This document shows, piece after piece, positions 60,001 to 64,000 of a stretch of DNA of 64,000 bases. The first letter of the stretch is position 1, and each line of letters opens with the position of its first letter. The notes beneath the pieces were generated by a model, which ran no database searches, was not told the origin of the DNA, and was given only the letters and a program-made list of their open reading frames with translations. Source of the DNA: an uncultured Acidobacteriota bacterium (GTDB lineage Bacteria; Acidobacteriota; Thermoanaerobaculia; Multivoradales; UBA5704); the NCBI GenBank assembly GCA_963770895.1, contig CAVYRF010000002.1, positions 4,544,001 through 4,608,000 on the forward strand. Reading direction: 5' to 3'. Position numbers and translations under genes: made by a program.

Positions 60001-60299
60001 GCATGCCCGAAGGCCAGGCCGTCCGCGAAGGCGCCGTCAGCCGCATGCGCCCCGTTCTGATGACCGCCCTGATGGCCAGCCTGGGGCTGCTCCCCGCGGC
60101 CCTGTCGCAAGCCGTCGGCGCAGAGACCGCCCGCCCCTTCGCCGCCGTCATCGTCGGCGGCCTGGGCACCGCCACGCTGATCACCCTCTTCATCCTGCCG
60201 CTGCTCTACACCTGGTTCGAGGAATCCACCCCCGCCGCCAACGGCCTGGCCGCCGGCGACCCGGACGCCGGAGCACCGTCATCGGGCTTGGCCGGGTAG
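57096..60299 (+). CDS. CusA/CzcA-family RND permease
   Basis: LPVEAYPDVTNVQVQI, GAIDFGIIVD, EFLPKLDEG, RMRPVLMTA. Start approximate (TTG). Confidence 0.93.
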   Translation: MSQTPQPQAGLLARFTAQAVRSRVVIVALLLVFVAAGIAAFERLPVEAYPDVTNVQVQIITLFPGHAAEEVEQLVTVPVENEMNGIPKRASMRSISLFGLSVVTLVFQDDADPIYVRAQAFERMQDVTLPAGAQPSLSPDSTPVGEIYRYTLEAPAGFSALELKALEDWVVERRLRTVPGVVDVVGFGGPTKQYQVLVDPLKLKAYGITLKNVFDALAAGNRNAGGAYIEHGAELYVVRGLGMVQSLDDIGAIAVVSRGGTPVLIRDVGKVSVGPAIRLGRVGKLLVWSDAQGRRHAGDQDDVVQGIVLLRKGENALAVLDRVRAEAVEINRELPAGVRLVPHYDRTDLIDRTLLTVRKNMGEGIGLVLLVLVVFLGLGNWRSALIVAAVVPLSLLGAFLLLDLSGIPANLISMGAIDFGIIVDSAVVVAENLLRIIELRGARLRSISEAIQQSVGQMGKPILFSKAILLTAFIPLYTLQRVEGKIFRPMALTLTFALIAGTLLALFVVPTLLSFGVNLARQRAAAPSLLVERLQRLYRPALDFALRHRVAAVAVAVASLGGAWLVGASLGSEFLPKLDEGALWVRITMPGSISPSEAERVTREARHILASFPEVTTVVSQLGRPDDGTDINGFDTVEIFVDLLPRERWTTAHDREGLSDAIRRRLERIPGTDLTVSQVIEDNVNEAVSGVKSELSVKIFGHDPLVLQSLADQATEVLKKVKGAADVSAERLAGQPQVQIVLDRQAIARSGLTVDDVQSVVETALGGSVASHVLEGERTFDLVVKMSPLAVSDLDAIRALPVLGPNGEKFTLGSLAHVVVAPGFARIYREENARRIAVKLSVDGRDLGSLVEEGQRKVAAALHLPPGYQLSWTGSFENQQRAVKRLELIVPLTLVAIFFLLFLAFNSARMAVLILLNIPFAAVGGVLALWLAGLSLSVASLVGFIALFGVAVQNGVLMVERIRELRDRGMPEGQAVREGAVSRMRPVLMTALMASLGLLPAALSQAVGAETARPFAAVIVGGLGTATLITLFILPLLYTWFEESTPAANGLAAGDPDAGAPSSGLAG

Positions 60300-63040
60300 C
60301 TAGGTAGCCGGCCGCACGGCAGGGTGGCCGCGGTGGCGCCCGCGCACGCGGCGGCCAGGTCGCGCGCCTCCGCCGCCGCGGCCGGCAGCCCCGGCAGGTC
60401 CGCGGACGCTTCCCGATCGAAGGCCGGATCGCCGATAAAGACGGCGCCGCCGTCGGGCAACGCCCCCAGCTGACGGTCGCGAGCCACGCTCTGCAGGTAG
60501 AGGGTGGCGCTGGGAGCCGTGGACAGGGTGTATTCCTCCGCCAGGTAGCGGCCGGTGCGAGCGTCGCGGAGCAGCGCAAACGGCAGCGCCGCGAGCGTCC
60601 CCTGCGGGATCACCACCAGCGGGCCGCCGGCGGGAAGGGATGCGGCGGCCGGAAGGATCAGGCTTTCGTAGAGCCGCGACTCGGCGTCCAGGAGCTCCGC
60701 CTGGCGGTGCTCCAGCAGCGCCGTCTGCAGCTGCCGCGTTGCGGTGGCGGCGGCCGCGGCGGTGATGCCGGTGTCGATCAGGCTCAGCTCGTGGCGGCGG
60801 ACCACCCAGGCGACCAGCCGGGGCGGGACTTCGGCGAACACCAGCAAGGTGGTGCCGGGAGCCAGCCGGCTGCGGATCGCCGCCGCCGTGAGCGGCGGCG
60901 CGCCGCGGCGGGGGGACCGCGGGGTGCTGCCCGGCGGGGAGGTGACGATCCAGTCGAGCAGCGCCCTGGCGCGCTCCCGCTCGCCGTAGTCGAAGGCCAG
61001 GTCGCGATGGTTCTGCCGCAGCTGGAGGGCGACCATCCGGTCGAAGACCGCCTTTTCCTGGTCCAGGAAGCCGATCCGCTCTTCGGTGCCGGCGATCCTG
61101 CCGCGCTGGCGCTCGATCTCGGCGAGTGCGGCGCGCAGATCCGCCGCCGCCCCGGCGCCGTCTCCCAGCGTCTGGGAGGCCAGCGCCCGCTCCGCCAGGG
61201 CGTCCACCAGCTGCGCGTGGTCTCCCGCCTCACGGAAGAAGGCCAGCGCCCTGGTGAGCGGCACCACCGCGCCGGCGGCATCGCGCGGCCGACCCACGGC
61301 GCCGGCGACCAGCAGCAGGTCGCCCTGCACGCCGGCGCGGCCGCGGCGATCCCGCACCGCCGCCAGCTGCGCGCCCGCCTGCTCCAGGTCGCCGCGCGCC
61401 AGGTCGGCGCGGCCGGCGGCGGCGAAGATCCTGGCGCGGCCGCGCAGCGCTTCGGCGACCACGGCGGGCCTGCCGATGCGCCAGGCGCTGCGCACCACCT
61501 CGTCCTGAAAGAAGCCGGCGAGCGCCGGCTGGTGCAGGTCGCGGGCCATCTCCGCCACCTCTTCATCGGCCGCGAACGCCGCCAGCGGCACGTCGCAGCG
61601 AGCGGCGTCGCGCAGCGCGGCGCCCGCCACGTGCCAGGCCTCGGCTGATGCGTCCAACTGGTTGAGGGTGCCGGCGATCATCGCCTCCAGCCGCGCCTCG
61701 TTGGCGACTTCCCGCAGGTTGTGGAAGATCGCCAACGCCTGCCGCTTTTCGGTGAGCGACGGCGTGAGCCGGCCCTGGATGCCATCGATCAGGCCGAGCA
61801 GCCAGAGAGCGCGCCCACGCAGCGCCGGATAGCGTTGCGACCGTGGCGAAGCCGGCACGGCGCGCAGCAGCGGCACTGCCCGGCGGAAGTCCGACTGGCG
61901 AAAGGCGCAGAGCGCCAGCTGGAAGTCCGCCCACGCAAGCAGAGGGCTGCCGGCGCGCGCCAGCGATGCACGCGCCTGGACGAGCGCCTGGCGGGCCGCC
62001 TCCAGATCGTCGCGGCTCAGCCGGAGCAGTGCCGCGCCGTAGGCGCGATGGCCGGTGGCCAGCGCCGCCAGGGCGGCTCGCGCGGTGGGCGGCCGCGCTG
62101 CGCCATCGATGACGGCCACGGCGTCTTGCAGCATTTGCTCGCCGCTGCCGCGCGCGAGCGCCGCGCCCAGCTGCCGGCCGATGGCCAGGAAGCGGTCCGC
62201 CGCCTGGGTCTGGCCGCCGGCCAGCGCCTCGGCCCACGCGGCAAGGATGTCCTCCTCGCCCAGCTCGCGCACCTGTTGCGGCCAGCGGGCGACCGTCGCG
62301 TCGACGGTGCGCTGGTCGCCGGTTGCCGCCGCCTGCTCCAGCGACGCGCCGGCCGCCGGCCAATCCGCCGCGGGGAGTTGCCTGGTCAGGGCTGCCAGGT
62401 GTTCGCGCTCCTCGGCGGCCCATTGCGGGTGTGGTTCCCCGGCCAATACCTCCTGCCATGCGTCGGCCGCCGCTTGCCGCAGGTTGAGGCGCTCCAGCGC
62501 CACGGCCTGGTTGAAGCGCGCCGCCGGCAGGCCGGGCTCGCGGCTCAGCGCCCGCTGGCTGGCGATCAAGCTCGCTACCAGCTCCAGCGCCTCGTCGTCC
62601 GGCCCGGCGCGAGCCAGATGGACGACCGCAAGATCGCTCGGCGGCCAGCCCGACCGCGGCACGAGGCCGGCCGCGGCGTTCAGCAGCGCCATTGCGGCGT
62701 CGCTGCGCCCTGCCGCCAGCGCGACCAGGGCGCGTTCGCCGTCCAGCTCGGCGGAAGGTGCGGCGGCAAAGGTGAGCAACGGGCGCGGCAGGTCGCGCAG
62801 CCGGGCGGTGCGGGAAGTCCGTGGCGTGGGTGCGCTGGCCGGCTGAGCGGCCTTCGACCAGGCGACCCCGCACCATCGGCCGCCTCCCGGGCGCGCGATT
62901 CCCAGCTTGCCGGCGAGCGCCGACCGGGACGGCAGTTCATCGATCGGGGAACGGTGTGCCCGGTCGCCGCACCCAGCCAGCGTTGCCATCGCGCCGGCCA
63001 GGCAAAAAAAGGCGGCTAAGGAGCGCGCTCGCAGCGGCAT
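60206..63040 (-). pseudogene. TPR-CHAT protein, lipoprotein-like, with C-terminally truncated CHAT domain
   Basis: LAGC lipobox, TPRs (ARFNQAVALERL), 'ERERARALLD', 'LVVIPQGTLAALPFALL', 'FIGDP...LP....EA'. The His- and Cys-bearing catalytic segments are missing and the frame runs into the cusA antisense. Confidence 0.7.
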
Positions 63041-63198
63041 TCGCAACCACGCCGAGCTTGGTGGGGCAGGCGAAGGTCGAGCCAGCAGCAGCGGCCAGGC
63101 CGCGACCGCGGGCCGAGGGTGCAGCCCAAGCCTGCCCATCTGCTAAGCTTACCGCGTCTGCCAAGGCATCGTTCCGGGGTTTTGTTCGGGGAGGTTCG

Positions 63199-64000
63199 AT
63201 GATCTATCTGCGTCTTTTCTTTCACGGCCTGATCGCCTTTGCCATTGCGCCTCACCAGTCGCAGATCACGGCACTGCTGGTTGCGTCCCACGACGATCAA
63301 AGCCGGTGCATCGCAAAACATTCAGGCACCTTGGTATTTCCAACCACTGATCAGACCAATTGCAGGAACGCCAAATGCGATTGGAACGCGAACCTCTGCA
63401 CCTGTACGTTGGATGCGGATGCGCATCACCAAACGATTACGATCGGCGCGACCGCCAATCCCGAGGTCACCGACCCCGATCACGAGCCTCCCAGCAGCGC
63501 CTTGCCCGCCACCTCCACCGACGCGGCCGATGTCGCGTACTTGATGAATATGAGCAACCTTGGCTCCGAAGTCATGCAAACGGCTCTGACTGGCAATCCC
63601 GGAAATCTGGTTGCTCGCATGGTCTCTCCCTATACTCGCTTAACCGCCTGCGACCTTGCCACTGACCCTGACACTGACGATGTTCTGCACTCGTATAACT
63701 TCCACTCGTTCGGGTCGGCGAAACGCGGCTGGGATCAGGCGATCGCACAGGGTTTGGCCGCAGAGGCCGATGTGCCTCCCGGAAACGTGACCCTTACCCT
63801 GGGTCCATTTGAATCAGGCGGTGGAACTTCCTACACCTTGGCGCTGCTTCCGGGTACCTGTTCAGACGGCACGACGAACTGTATTGAGGTTTACCTGGAG
63901 TACACGCGCCCGCCGTTTGCCGATCTGACAGACGACTGCAACAAGGCAGGGGTGGGCAGGGACTTCGCCTTCTATTTCGACCTGGCGACACTGTCGCCGC
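63199..64000 (+). CDS. Hypothetical Cys-rich protein divergent from the CHAT gene (runs off window end)
   Basis: Not in the track. GGAGG RBS, then an open frame MIYLRLFFHGLIAF...ITALLV...H...GRDFAFYFDLA with no stop to 64000. Lower GC than the surroundings. Confidence 0.8.
   Translation, partial: MIYLRLFFHGLIAFAIAPHQSQITALLVASHDDQSRCIAKHSGTLVFPTTDQTNCRNAKCDWNANLCTCTLDADAHHQTITIGATANPEVTDPDHEPPSSALPATSTDAADVAYLMNMSNLGSEVMQTALTGNPGNLVARMVSPYTRLTACDLATDPDTDDVLHSYNFHSFGSAKRGWDQAIAQGLAAEADVPPGNVTLTLGPFESGGGTSYTLALLPGTCSDGTTNCIEVYLEYTRPPFADLTDDCNKAGVGRDFAFYFDLATLSP

Overview
High-GC bacterial chromosomal window. Gene content suggests Acidobacteriota, probably Thermoanaerobaculia (inferred from the VWA protein, IPTL-CTERM, sulfatase-TPR, CHAT-TPR and tandem 'FWFF...NGxFWVFYG' C-terminal domains). 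About 50 CDS are visible. They include a long GreA (partial), RodZ/DnaJ-TPR/PP2C, FadD-FadJ, an M13 peptidase, a complete Wsp-like chemosensory cluster, an EACC1-caspase module, AmmeMemoRadiSam B/A, a slipin, a Cls/PPase operon, ATP-grasp plus LLM monooxygenase, a VPS10-type hydrolase, an APC permease, a two-gene RND pump and a truncated CHAT protein. There is one canonical tRNA-Pro(CGG). The most notable locus is 34385-36550. It has a strong sigma70 promoter, a 48-codon leader ORF whose stop overlaps an antiterminator, an intrinsic terminator, about 650 nt of structured RNA with two tandem defective tRNA-like units that can refold as a circularly permuted (YrlA-like) tRNA mimic, and a slipin gene. 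This is a candidate translation-stress-induced tRNA-mimic system. Other highlights are a set of sigma54-type -24/-12 promoters in front of general-stress-type genes (including a back-to-back pair), two MCPs with C-terminal Cache-like domains, and a receptor-like caspase. No CRISPR array, integrase or transposase was recognised. All family assignments come from motif recognition by eye, not database searches.
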